Source: Spirochaetia bacterium
GTDB lineage: Bacteria; Spirochaetota; Spirochaetia; JAFGXN01
DNA: 64,000 nt
Assembly: GCA_034120015.1 (NCBI GenBank)
Contig: JAXEIF010000029.1
Coordinates: forward strand, 118,963-182,962
Reading direction: 5' to 3'
The notes under the pieces are model-generated. The model did no database searches. It saw nothing but the letters and a program-made list of their open reading frames with translations, and was not told where the DNA came from. A program made the position numbers and the translations under genes. Below, piece after piece: positions 8,602 to 18,391 of this stretch (the stretch's first letter is position 1; each line of letters starts with the position of its first letter).

Positions 8602-10293
8602 ATGAATGCGGTCCGGCAGGGGCGGAATGCGGCGGCGGCAGCGGTATCGCCGCTGTTGCTTTTTTTGGCGTTTCCCAATCCGCTGTTCGAACGCGGACTG
8701 CCGTTTTTTACCGTTTTCGGTCTTTTCCCGCTTTTTTATCTTTTACTGAATGCGGGCAAATCCCGCTATTTCTGGGTGCCTGTTGCGGGCGTTTTTACCT
8801 ATCTTTTTGTTCATTTCTGGCTTTATACTTTTAATCCTCTGGCAATGATTTTTGTCTGTACCGTTATGGGGATTGCTTATCTGCTGTTTGCGGTCTACGT
8901 ATCGGTTGTCCGCCGCTGTTTCGGTGAAAACGCCTATCTTCCCGCCGCTGCCGGGTTTACGGTATTTGAATATTTGAAAACCGTCGGTTTTCTGGCATTT
9001 CCCTACGGGATTTCGGGTTATTCCCAGTATTCGGTACCGGGGATGCGGGATATTGCTTCCGTTTTCGGGGTTTTCGGAGTTTCGTTTTGTCTGATTTTTC
9101 CGGCGGCATTTTTTGCGGCGGTGGCAGGAATGCCGGGGCGGGCAGAAGCGGCGGCCTTTATTTACCGTCAACGGCGACGGCTGACTGCGTTCGTGCTGTT
9201 GTTTTCTTTTATGATAATAGCAGGAACCGTTCATACGTCGACGATCAAGCCTCTTTCCGGGAAAATGCCGTCGGAGGATTGTCCGGCATCTGTCCGGATT
9301 TTGGCTGTGCAGCATTCGGGAGATACATGGACCGGCGGTTTGCCTGCTTACCGGCGCAATTACGAAATTCTGAAACATCTGACAGACCGGGCTCTGGCGG
9401 AAAACGAAACGGCCGGTCGGGCACCGTATGATATGGTGATCTGGCCGGAAACGGCTTTCGTTCCCGGTATCGAATGGCACAGCCGTTACAACACGTCTTA
9501 CGAGTCAAAGGAGCTCACGGAACAGTTTTTGGCGTGGGCCGAAACGGTTCCCGGAATTCTGATTACCGGTAACAGCGAGAGTTGTCTGGCCGATCCGCAG
9601 AAACCGCCGGTTGTCTACGATGCCGACGGAAACGGCTTCCTGAACCGTTATTCGTATAATGCGGCAGTCGTGCTTGAGCGCGGGCACATCAAAGGAACTT
9701 ACAGAAAGCGGCATCTGGTTCCGGTTGTCGAAGATTTTCCGTGGAAGGAGACTTTTCCGGGAATTGTCCGGTTTTTGGAAGCGCATGGTTGCCAGTTATG
9801 GACACCGGGTGAGGAAGCGGTTCTATTTAAAAGTATTTCGGGAGTTCCTTTTTCGGTAAATATCTGCTATGAGGATGTTTTTTCGGAAATCGCAAGGCAG
9901 GATGTTCGCAACGGACCGCGTCTGATGATTAATCTGACCAACGATTCGTGGTCGGGAACCAATGCCGCCCAAATGCAGCATCTGGCGATTGCCGTTTTTC
10001 GTTCGCTGGAAACGGGAATTCCGACGGTTCGGGCGACCAATTCCGGAATAACGGCTGTCATACTGCCGAACGGAACGGTTGCGGCGGAAGCTGATCCGTT
10101 TGTTAAAACAGTATTGAGTGCCGATGTCCCGCTTTACGCACCGGCGCCTGCGGCGAATGCCTTTGTTCTGCGCGATACTTTTCCGATTTTGCTGGCTGTA
10201 TTGTCGGCTGCGGCATTGGTGTTTCAAATTTTAAGAATAAGGAAATTTTCCGCGGAGAGCAGGCGGAACGGAAAACTTGTCAAAAAAAGATAA
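8602..10293 (+). CDS. lnt: apolipoprotein N-acyltransferase
   Basis: Polytopic N-terminal membrane region, then a carbon-nitrogen hydrolase domain (ILAVQH...VIWPETAF...ICYEDVF). Confidence 0.7.
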   Translation: MNAVRQGRNAAAAAVSPLLLFLAFPNPLFERGLPFFTVFGLFPLFYLLLNAGKSRYFWVPVAGVFTYLFVHFWLYTFNPLAMIFVCTVMGIAYLLFAVYVSVVRRCFGENAYLPAAAGFTVFEYLKTVGFLAFPYGISGYSQYSVPGMRDIASVFGVFGVSFCLIFPAAFFAAVAGMPGRAEAAAFIYRQRRRLTAFVLLFSFMIIAGTVHTSTIKPLSGKMPSEDCPASVRILAVQHSGDTWTGGLPAYRRNYEILKHLTDRALAENETAGRAPYDMVIWPETAFVPGIEWHSRYNTSYESKELTEQFLAWAETVPGILITGNSESCLADPQKPPVVYDADGNGFLNRYSYNAAVVLERGHIKGTYRKRHLVPVVEDFPWKETFPGIVRFLEAHGCQLWTPGEEAVLFKSISGVPFSVNICYEDVFSEIARQDVRNGPRLMINLTNDSWSGTNAAQMQHLAIAVFRSLETGIPTVRATNSGITAVILPNGTVAAEADPFVKTVLSADVPLYAPAPAANAFVLRDTFPILLAVLSAAALVFQILRIRKFSAESRRNGKLVKKR

Positions 10294-10321
10294 GTGTGAT
10301 AAATTGGAAAGAGAGGTAATT

Positions 10322-10726
10322 ATGTCCGCATCGATTCGTAATACAAAAATCGTAACAACATTGGCGGAGGGAACATTCTTTGACGGTGATTTTCGATTTT
10401 CTTCCGCAATGAAAATCAAAGGCAAAGTCAGAGGTTCGATTTCCTGCGACGGATTTTTATATATTGACGAGGGAGCCGAAGTGACAGCCGATATTTCCGC
10501 AAAGTCGATGGTTGTTGCCGGTAAGGTAAACGGTAATATTAATGTTTCCGATTCTCTGGACTTAATGCCGACGGCGCGAATTAAAGGTGATATCAGAACA
10601 TCGAGATTGAGAATCGATGACGGCGTCGAATTAATCGGGAATTGCGAGATGCTGAAGCCGAGCGCCGTCGATATCGATATTTTTTCGGCTCCCGCCGATA
10701 AAATTAAAGCGGCACTCAGATCGTAA
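10322..10726 (+). CDS. bactofilin-family cytoskeletal protein
   Basis: Repetitive beta-helical pattern (KGKVRGSISCDGFLYIDEGAEVTADISAKSMVVAGKVNGNINV...), as in DUF583/CcmA. ATG 10322 with ribosome-binding site GAGAGG. The track start 10277 is a TTG inside lnt. Confidence 0.6.
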   Translation: MSASIRNTKIVTTLAEGTFFDGDFRFSSAMKIKGKVRGSISCDGFLYIDEGAEVTADISAKSMVVAGKVNGNINVSDSLDLMPTARIKGDIRTSRLRIDDGVELIGNCEMLKPSAVDIDIFSAPADKIKAALRS

Positions 10727-11223
10727 TGTTTTCTTTTAATATACCGGAAGAAATTATGAATGAGGCCCAAACGGTACTGGGGCTTTTTCGTGAGAGAGGT
10801 ATAACGGCCGCTTTGGCCGAATCGTGTACCGGCGGATTGTGTGCAGCTGCCCTTACCGAGATTCCGGGGGCGTCTTCGGTTCTCCTGTGCGGGTACACGG
10901 TTTATTCAAACGAAGCCAAGCAGCGGGATTTGGATGTTTCTGCGGAAACGCTGATGCGCTGCGGTGCCGTTTCTGAGGAAACCGTTGCGGAAATGCTGCA
11001 GGGTTTATTGAACAAAACGGGGTGTGCTGTTGCCGGCGCCGTTTCCGGCATTGCGGGACCGGACGGCGGGACACCCGAAAAGCCGGTCGGGACGGTTTAT
11101 ATCGGTACGGCATCGGCGGGCGGATGTTGTATCGAAAGATACTGTTTTGAGGGAGACCGAAGTGCGGTTCGGCGGCTGTCTGCGAAAGCGCTCTTTCGTA
11201 TGCTGGTCAAACAGATCTATTGA
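10726..11223 (+). CDS. CinA C-terminal domain / nicotinamide-nucleotide amidohydrolase PncC-like
   Basis: LAESCTGGLCAAALTEIPGASSVLLCGYTVYSNEAK...GAVSEETVAEM is the CinA_C signature. TAATG overlap with the bactofilin stop. Confidence 0.65.
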   Translation: MFSFNIPEEIMNEAQTVLGLFRERGITAALAESCTGGLCAAALTEIPGASSVLLCGYTVYSNEAKQRDLDVSAETLMRCGAVSEETVAEMLQGLLNKTGCAVAGAVSGIAGPDGGTPEKPVGTVYIGTASAGGCCIERYCFEGDRSAVRRLSAKALFRMLVKQIY

Positions 11224-11338
11224 CAGAGTTGCGGGTTTCACTTATAATAAAACCGTCAGTCGATTCATTCATTAAAATAAAATAATTTTCAGATTACCGT
11301 TCATACAGAATTCAACAGAATACGAGGAATTTTTTATT

Positions 11339-12970
11339 ATGGAAGAAAACCGGTCCGAATCGGAACAGGGAAATTTGTTTTCGGAACAGGAGTCTCAACC
11401 CGAAGTCAAAAAGAAAGTCACAGTAAAAACGCGACCTGTTAAGGTCAAGACCGCGGAAACCGTTGCGGAAAGCCCGTCCGTAGCGTCGGCCGCCGCCGAA
11501 TCGGAAGTGCAGCCGGGTGAAGCAGCCGACAAGCCGCGACATTCGATTGCCGTTAAGAAAAAAAAGCCGGTCAAATTTACCGTTTCGACCGAAACCGCAC
11601 CTGTCAAAGAAAAACGGGAAATCAAAGAGCCGGTAGAAACAGCGGATTTGCGCGAACAGGAAGATGCCGAATTTTCACCCGAAGATATGGCCGATCGGCC
11701 TTCCATCATTATCAACGAGCTGACGACAAAAGATTATTCCGAATTGAGAGAGATGGCCGAGTCGATGGGGGTTTCCCGTGAATCGCTGGCAAATATGAAA
11801 ATTCAGGAAGTGATTTCCGAAATCCTGAAACAGCATACGCTGAAAGGCGGTGTCATTCACGGCTACGGTTCACTGGAAATTCTTCCCGATAATTTCGGAT
11901 TTTTGCGTCTGCCGCAAAACAGCTATCTGCCGGGGCCGGATGATATCTATGTTTCTCCCCATCAGATTCGTAAAATGAATCTGAGAACCGGGGATGTTGT
12001 CGGCGGTCTGGTCCGTTCACCGCGGCCGGGTGAAAAATATTTTGCTCTGCTTCAGGTAGAACATGTCAATTTCGGAAGTCCGGCGGCTGCCAAAACACGA
12101 ATTCCGTTCGATAATCTGGTTCCGCTTTATCCGAATGAACGGATTAATCTGGAGACGAAAAACGGCGATATATCGATGCGTGTTATTAATCTCTTTGCAC
12201 CGATCGGAAAGGGACAGCGCAGTCTGATTGTGGCCCCGCCGAGAACGGGAAAAACCGTTCTTCTTCAGAAGATTGCAAATGCGATTACGGAAAATCATCC
12301 GGAAATCGATCTGATTGTCCTGCTGATTGACGAGCGACCGGAAGAGGTAACCGATATGCGTCAGAATGTAAAGGGAGAAGTCATTGCTTCGACTTTTGAC
12401 GAACAGGCGACGCGTCATTGTCAGGTTGCCGAAATGGTCATTGAAAAAGCCAAACGGCTTGTCGAGAACAACCGTGATGTGGTGATTCTTCTCGATTCGA
12501 TTACGCGGTTGGCACGCGCCTATAACCAGACAGTGCCGGCTTCCGGTAAGATTCTTTCCGGCGGTGTCGATTCCAATGCGCTGCATAAACCGAAAAAGTT
12601 TTTCGGGGCGGCACGGAATGTTAAAAACGGCGGCAGTTTGACCATTATCGGGTCGGCTTTGATCGAAACGGGCAGCCGTATGGACGAAGTCATCTTTGAA
12701 GAGTTTAAAGGAACCGGTAATTCGGAAATCGTTCTCGACAGACGGATGAGTGAACGGCGGATTTTCCCGGCTATCAGTGTTAAAAAATCGGGAACCCGGA
12801 AAGAAGATTTGCTGCTGACGGAAGAAGAGATGGCCAAAATCTGGCTGCTGCGAAAAGTGCTCAATCCGATGGAAGATCTGGAAATCATGGAACTTCTGAT
12901 CGAAAAAATGTCGAAAACAAAAGATAATGAGGCATTTTTACGCTCGATGAACGATGCGGCAGTTGATTAA
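11339..12970 (+). CDS. rho: transcription termination factor Rho, with an N-terminal disordered extension of about 120 aa
   Basis: Walker A region [20 protein letters not shown]. Rho RNA-binding and ATPase regions are present. A 115-nt leader precedes the gene. Confidence 0.85.
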   Translation: MEENRSESEQGNLFSEQESQPEVKKKVTVKTRPVKVKTAETVAESPSVASAAAESEVQPGEAADKPRHSIAVKKKKPVKFTVSTETAPVKEKREIKEPVETADLREQEDAEFSPEDMADRPSIIINELTTKDYSELREMAESMGVSRESLANMKIQEVISEILKQHTLKGGVIHGYGSLEILPDNFGFLRLPQNSYLPGPDDIYVSPHQIRKMNLRTGDVVGGLVRSPRPGEKYFALLQVEHVNFGSPAAAKTRIPFDNLVPLYPNERINLETKNGDISMRVINLFAPIGKGQRSLIVAPPRTGKTVLLQKIANAITENHPEIDLIVLLIDERPEEVTDMRQNVKGEVIASTFDEQATRHCQVAEMVIEKAKRLVENNRDVVILLDSITRLARAYNQTVPASGKILSGGVDSNALHKPKKFFGAARNVKNGGSLTIIGSALIETGSRMDEVIFEEFKGTGNSEIVLDRRMSERRIFPAISVKKSGTRKEDLLLTEEEMAKIWLLRKVLNPMEDLEIMELLIEKMSKTKDNEAFLRSMNDAAVD

Positions 12971-13026
12971 TAATCGAAAAAAAGATATACTTAAAAAGAC
13001 AGAGATTCTATTCGGAGGAAATAAGT

Positions 13027-13236
13027 ATGAAAAAGGGCATTCATCCCACATATAAAACCGCCAAGTTTACATGTGCTTGCGGAAATGTGATTGAAACCAA
13101 ATCAACTTTAGGCGATACTTCCATTGAAATTTGTTCCCAGTGTCACCCCTTTTACACCGGCAAACAGAAGCTGGTTGACACGGCGGGACGGATTGAACGG
13201 TTCAATAAAAAGTACAACGTCAAGACCGATAAATAA
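13027..13236 (+). CDS. rpmE: 50S ribosomal protein L31
   Basis: [29 protein letters not shown]...[13 protein letters not shown] is the L31 C4 zinc form. Confidence 0.85.
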   Translation: MKKGIHPTYKTAKFTCACGNVIETKSTLGDTSIEICSQCHPFYTGKQKLVDTAGRIERFNKKYNVKTDK

Positions 13237-13245
13237 TCGGCGAAC

Positions 13246-13275
13246 AGGCTGTCCGGTAAGGACAGCTTTTTTTTG
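13246..13275 (+). terminator. rho-independent terminator after rpmE
   Basis: GCTGTCC-GGTAAG-GACAGC followed by T8. Confidence 0.7.
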
Positions 13276-13285
13276 AGGTACGGGT

Positions 13286-13996
13286 TTGAGAATTTTATTT
13301 ACCAACGATGACGGTTACGGAGCACCCGGGCTGGAGGCTCTCCTGAAAGTATTTTCTTCTTATGAATGCGAAACGGTTGCGCCCGACCGCGAACGCAGCG
13401 GGACATCCCAATCGCTGACGCTGGTCCATCCGGTCCGTGTGGTCAGAAAAGGTGAAAACCGGTACAGCTGTTCCGGTTTTCCGGCCGACTGCGTTATGTA
13501 TTCGCTGCTCGGAGTGTCGGATCGCTGGCCCGACTGGGTAATTTCCGGCATTAACGCGGGCCCGAACCTCGGTACCGATTTGATTTATTCGGGAACGGCG
13601 GCCGCGGCCCGTCAGGCCGCTTTGTGGGGCGTGCCCGCCGTTGCCGTTTCGTTATGCGGTGCTCACAAAGGAACGGTCGCCGATTATGAGGCGGCCGCAC
13701 AATGGCTGCTGGCTCATTTCGACGAAATCCGGACACTTCACCGTCCGGAGACCTTCATCAATATTAACATACCGTGCGGCATTTCCGTCAACGACCCGTT
13801 TGTCAAAGCGGTGCCGGCGCGCCGTTTTTATTCGGATAAAATCGAAAAAATGACGGCTGCCGATAAAAGCGAATATTATTTTCTGATGGGCGGTCCTCCG
13901 AAACCGCCGACCGATCCGCAAAGCGACAGCTACCTTGTCGCGGAAGGAAAAATTGCGCTTTCGGTTGTTAAAATCCACCCCGAAACGGTCGACTGA
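13286..13996 (+). CDS. surE: 5'/3'-nucleotidase SurE
   Basis: MRILFTNDDGYGAPGLEAL... is the canonical SurE N-terminus. TTG start. Confidence 0.8.
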   Translation: MRILFTNDDGYGAPGLEALLKVFSSYECETVAPDRERSGTSQSLTLVHPVRVVRKGENRYSCSGFPADCVMYSLLGVSDRWPDWVISGINAGPNLGTDLIYSGTAAAARQAALWGVPAVAVSLCGAHKGTVADYEAAAQWLLAHFDEIRTLHRPETFININIPCGISVNDPFVKAVPARRFYSDKIEKMTAADKSEYYFLMGGPPKPPTDPQSDSYLVAEGKIALSVVKIHPETVD

Positions 13997-14060
13997 TTTT
14001 TACAATTCTTTTTTCTATCTACTTGTCGTTTCATGCCGATTTTTTTATACTGAAACTGAC

Positions 14061-15233
14061 ATGGACAGCAGAATTTATTTTGATAATAATGCGACAACTC
14101 AGGTTGACGAACGCGTATCCGAAGCGATGCACCCGTTTGAAGGGAAAATGTACGGAAATCCCAATTCGCTGCATTCGTTCGGAATGGAGGTTCGTTCGCA
14201 TCTGGGGACGGCTTTGGATCGTCTTTACGCCGGTATTTCCGCAGACGACGAAGATACGGTTCTGATAAACGGATGTGCCACCGAGGGCAATAACACCATT
14301 TTAAAAAGTGCATGGATATCGCAAATCCTTAACGGGAGCAGGAAACAGATCATTATCAGCAAAGTCGAACACCACAGTGTATCGCATACAGCCGCTTTTC
14401 TGGCGGAACAGGGGGTTGAAGTTGTCGAACTGCCGGTCGATAAACACGGCGTTGCCGATGCCGGGGCGCTGCGTGAGGCGATCGATCCCGATAAAACGGC
14501 ACTGGTTTCCGTCGTTTGGGCCAACAGTGAAACAGGTTTGATTAACCCGATTCGGGAACTGTGCGCGGTTGCCCGCGAAAACGGTGTTTTGTTCCATACC
14601 GATGCGGTACAGGCTGTCGGAAAAATTCCGGTTTCGGTTCGCGATATTCCGGTTGATTATCTGACGTTTACGGCGCATAAATTTCACGGGCCGAAAGGTG
14701 TCGGCGGACTTTACATTCGCAAAGGCGCTCCGTTTGTACCGCTGCTTCACGGCGGTGATCAGATGGGCGGTTTACGCAGCGGAACGGTTAATATTGCCGG
14801 AGCTGTCGGAATGGGGTTGGCGATGGAACTGGCGACCGAATCGCTTCCTTACGAAAACACGGTTGTCAGAAAATTAAGAGATACTTTCGAGGATAAAATT
14901 CTGGCTTTGAGCGGAACATTTGCTGTCGGAGAGCGGTCTCTGCGGACGCCGAACACTTCGTTTATCGGTTTTAAGGGGATTGAAGGTGAAGCCATGCTGT
15001 GGGATTTGAATCGGGCCGGGTTGGCTGCTTCGACGGGAAGTGCCTGTGCCTCGGAATCGCTGGAGGCAAATCCTCTTTTTGAGGCAATGAATTTGAGCCG
15101 GGATTTGTCCCATACCGGAATCCGTTTCAGCCTTTCACGGATGACGACGGAAGACGAAGTGGAAAAAGCGGCCGAAATTGTCAGGCGGGCAACCGTTCGT
15201 TTGAGAGCCATCTCGACGGCGGATCGGATATAG
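14061..15233 (+). CDS. nifS: cysteine desulfurase (NifS/IscS class)
   Basis: MDSRIYFDNNATTQVD..., with the PLP lysine in FTAHKFHGPKGVGGLY and the active-site Cys loop STGSACASE. The ATG at 14061 is preferred over the track start 13935. Confidence 0.8.
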   Translation: MDSRIYFDNNATTQVDERVSEAMHPFEGKMYGNPNSLHSFGMEVRSHLGTALDRLYAGISADDEDTVLINGCATEGNNTILKSAWISQILNGSRKQIIISKVEHHSVSHTAAFLAEQGVEVVELPVDKHGVADAGALREAIDPDKTALVSVVWANSETGLINPIRELCAVARENGVLFHTDAVQAVGKIPVSVRDIPVDYLTFTAHKFHGPKGVGGLYIRKGAPFVPLLHGGDQMGGLRSGTVNIAGAVGMGLAMELATESLPYENTVVRKLRDTFEDKILALSGTFAVGERSLRTPNTSFIGFKGIEGEAMLWDLNRAGLAASTGSACASESLEANPLFEAMNLSRDLSHTGIRFSLSRMTTEDEVEKAAEIVRRATVRLRAISTADRI

Positions 15234-15242
15234 GAGATTGGT

Positions 15243-16202
15243 ATGGGGAGAAAGGATTTAATCGGCGGTTCTTTATGGGAACATTATTCGCAGCAGGTGG
15301 TCGATCGGATGAATCAACCCCGTTTTCGGGGCGAATTGACCGAAGAGGATGCCGTCCGCAAGGGCGGTAAACTGATCGTTGCCGATTGGGGGGCCGAGTC
15401 CTGCGGCGATACGGTACGGTTGTATTGGATTGTTGACGAAAAAACCGGAACGATTCTCGATGCCCGCTTTAAAAGTTTCGGTTGCGGAACGGCAATTGCT
15501 TCCAGTGATGTAATGGCCGAAATGTGTATCGGGAAAACGGTTGATGAGGCGGTGAAAATTACCAATCTGGATGTCGAGTTTGCATTACGTGACGAACCGG
15601 CAAAACCGGCGGTACCGCCCCAAAAAATGCACTGTTCCGTCATGGCTTACGATGTTATCAAAAAAGCGGCTTCTCTTTATTCGGGAAAAGAGATGAAAGA
15701 TTATGACGAAGATGAAATCGTCTGCGAGTGTGCGCGTGTTTCTCTTTCTACCATAAAAGAGGTCATTCGGTTGAATGATTTGAAAACGGTCGAAGAAATC
15801 ACCGAATACACCAAAGCGGGTGCTTTCTGTAAATCCTGTATCCGTCCCGGCGGACACGAAAAGAGAAAATATTATCTGGAAGATATTCTGCGTGAAACGC
15901 GCCGTGAAATGGAAAAAGAAAAAGGTGAAAAGATCGAAATTCCTTTCGAATCTCTGACTCTTGTACAGAAGCTGAGACGGATCGAGTCGGTTCTGGATGA
16001 ATCCGTACGGCCGCTTCTGGCCCGTGACGGCGGCGGTTTGGAAATCGAAGATGTGAGAGAGGAGAACGGAGAACTGCAGCTTTATATCGGCTATCGGGGA
16101 GCCTGCCGCGGGTGCGCTGCGGGACAGGCAGGGACGATGATGATGATTCAGCAGAAACTGCGGGAGCAGTTGAGTGAAAAAATAAATGTTTACTCTCTGT
16201 AA
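15243..16202 (+). CDS. nifU: Fe-S cluster assembly scaffold NifU (three domains: IscU-like N-terminus, BFD-like [2Fe-2S], NifU C-domain)
   Basis: N-terminal scaffold cysteines (AESCGD, FGCGTAIAS, MHCS). Central CECARVS motif. C-terminal CRGCAAGQ motif. Confidence 0.75.
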   Translation: MGRKDLIGGSLWEHYSQQVVDRMNQPRFRGELTEEDAVRKGGKLIVADWGAESCGDTVRLYWIVDEKTGTILDARFKSFGCGTAIASSDVMAEMCIGKTVDEAVKITNLDVEFALRDEPAKPAVPPQKMHCSVMAYDVIKKAASLYSGKEMKDYDEDEIVCECARVSLSTIKEVIRLNDLKTVEEITEYTKAGAFCKSCIRPGGHEKRKYYLEDILRETRREMEKEKGEKIEIPFESLTLVQKLRRIESVLDESVRPLLARDGGGLEIEDVREENGELQLYIGYRGACRGCAAGQAGTMMMIQQKLREQLSEKINVYSL

Positions 16203-16208
16203 AATTTA

Positions 16209-18293
16209 TTGTATAATAATCCCGTGAAATTCAAGCTGATTACTGTTTTTTTGATGATTTTCTGTTCGGTTTTTTCCGTTTCGGCACAAACCATTGATTT
16301 GGAGGGGGTCGAAGCGGAAGATGAATTCCGTACAGGGGTGATGCTGTTTAACAGCGGTTATTACAATCAGGCACATATGCGCTTCGAAAAAGCGCTTTCC
16401 ATTAAACCCGAAAACCGTCTTTACCGGTTTTGGCTGGGGCGTTCTCTGGTTCAAAACGGGTATTATTCGGCTGCGCGTGAAGTGTGGCTGCGTTTGATTG
16501 AAGAAGGATATAAACCCGACTTTCTTCAAAGCCGTGTGGATTTTTTGGGGCGTATTTATTACAGTGAAGACGCTTCGTACAGAAAGCGTAATTTTGTCAT
16601 TTCCCATACATTGTATGATAAAACCGACCGCGGACGCAAACTTTTTTCGGCTCCGGTTTCGGTAGCGGCCGACTCTTACGGCGGTTTGCTGGTCTCCTCC
16701 TTTTTGACTTCAGAGGTTCTGCGGTTTAATGCCAACGGGCAGGAAACGGGACGAATCAAATCCGGTTATCGGGGATTTTTTAAACCGTTTGATGTGCTTC
16801 CGACCGGAAATCCGAATATTTTCTGGCTGACCGAATTCGGGGCCGATCGTGTTGTTAAGGTCAACCGGTTCGGCAGGGAATTGGCTTCTTTCGGGACGTC
16901 GGGGCGCGGCGACGATTGTTTTCTCGGTCCTCAGTTTATGGCTGCGGACGGGGACGGTTTTTTGTATGTAACCGATGCGGGTAACAGAAAAGTGTCAAAA
17001 TGGACGGCTGAAGGGCAGTTCGTTCTGGCTTTCGGAAAACAGGTTTATCCGTTTCCCGGCTTTATGATGCCGAGCGGAATTGCCGTTTCGGGAGAATCTG
17101 TTTATGTTGCGGATCAACGGGCCAAAGCGGTGTATGTGTTTGACAGAAGCGGAAACTTTATCGAAACACTGACGGATCCGCGGTTGAAGGGGCCCGAGGG
17201 GTTATTTAACTGGAATGACCGGGAGCTTCTGCTGGCTGACGGCGAAATGATTTTTTCTTTCGACTTAAGCCGTAAGACTTTTGAATTGCTGACCGATGCC
17301 GGCAGTGCGGGAACCCGGGTGACCAAAGCTGTCGGCGATATCAACGGAAATCTGATTTCCGTCGATACCGAAGAAAACCGTGTGGATTTTTTTTGTGATA
17401 TCAACAGTTTATATGCCGGTTTTGATGCGGAAATCGTTTCGATTAATTCTCTCGATTTTCCGAAGGTCGAGATGGTTGTTGCTGTGAAAAACAGTCTCGG
17501 AGAACCGTTTGTGGGACTTGATGTCTCGAATTTTACGGTATATGAAGAATCGGCTCCGATCGGTAAACAGCTTTCCGTTTATTCGGCCGATGCTTCCGAG
17601 CAGATGACCGTATCGGTTCTTGTGGACCGTAATCTGGATGAGAAAAAATATGCTTCCGTATTTGAATATCTGGCAGCCGAACTGTTTCAGCGAAGCGGCT
17701 ACAGGGACCGTTTTTATCTGATCGGAGCGGAAGAAAAGCCTGTTCGTCTGGATGAAATTGTATCGCCCGATTCCGAATCTCTGGATGATGTCAAGAAATT
17801 TGTGTCTCTGATGGCCGGAGAAAATCAGCCGGAAACAACGCCCCGAAAACTCGATGTATGTCTGCGCGAAGCGATGGCTCAACTGGAAACGGCTTCAACC
17901 CGTAAAGCGGTTATTTACATTACCAATAACCGTCACAGCGATACACAGGACTTTACACTTTATGATACACGACGGCTTGCCGAGTATGCGACGGCCAATC
18001 ATATCGGGCTTTATGTGATTACAATTGATGCCGACGGAAAAATGCCGGCAGAACCGATGAAGGAACTGGCCCGGGAGAGTGACGGTCTGGCTCTTTCTTA
18101 CGATGATCCGTCCGGAATAAAAAAGATTGTCGATCATATTAAGCAGAAGCGAACCGGATTTTATCTGCTCAAATACAGTTCTGTCATAGACGGTGATTAC
18201 GGACGCCGTTACATACCTTGTGCCGTTGAATTGAATCATTTAAGCCGAACCGGATGGGCGGAATCGGGATATTTTGCTCCTCGGGATTTTTGA
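16209..18293 (+). CDS. secreted TPR + NHL-repeat (beta-propeller) protein with a C-terminal vWA-like domain
   Basis: Signal peptide. TPR-like helices (YYNQAHMRFEKALSIKPEN). NHL-like blades (LYVTDAGNRKVSKWTAEG; VYVADQRAKAVYVFDRSG). The C-terminal block (AVIYITNNRHSD...GLYVITIDADG) resembles vWA. Confidence 0.45.
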   Translation: MYNNPVKFKLITVFLMIFCSVFSVSAQTIDLEGVEAEDEFRTGVMLFNSGYYNQAHMRFEKALSIKPENRLYRFWLGRSLVQNGYYSAAREVWLRLIEEGYKPDFLQSRVDFLGRIYYSEDASYRKRNFVISHTLYDKTDRGRKLFSAPVSVAADSYGGLLVSSFLTSEVLRFNANGQETGRIKSGYRGFFKPFDVLPTGNPNIFWLTEFGADRVVKVNRFGRELASFGTSGRGDDCFLGPQFMAADGDGFLYVTDAGNRKVSKWTAEGQFVLAFGKQVYPFPGFMMPSGIAVSGESVYVADQRAKAVYVFDRSGNFIETLTDPRLKGPEGLFNWNDRELLLADGEMIFSFDLSRKTFELLTDAGSAGTRVTKAVGDINGNLISVDTEENRVDFFCDINSLYAGFDAEIVSINSLDFPKVEMVVAVKNSLGEPFVGLDVSNFTVYEESAPIGKQLSVYSADASEQMTVSVLVDRNLDEKKYASVFEYLAAELFQRSGYRDRFYLIGAEEKPVRLDEIVSPDSESLDDVKKFVSLMAGENQPETTPRKLDVCLREAMAQLETASTRKAVIYITNNRHSDTQDFTLYDTRRLAEYATANHIGLYVITIDADGKMPAEPMKELARESDGLALSYDDPSGIKKIVDHIKQKRTGFYLLKYSSVIDGDYGRRYIPCAVELNHLSRTGWAESGYFAPRDF

Positions 18294-18391
18294 TTAAATA
18301 AACCGAAACCGCCGATTCTTAGCCGGAACTGTGATCAGGCGGCAGTGAAGAAACGGTTTCGTTGGATGGGTTGCCGGTTTCCCGTACCGGA

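Noticed and set aside
8743-9480. 245-aa minus-strand ORF inside lnt
   Set aside because: Antisense to a well-supported membrane protein gene. Arg/His-rich low-complexity translation typical of GC-rich antisense frames.
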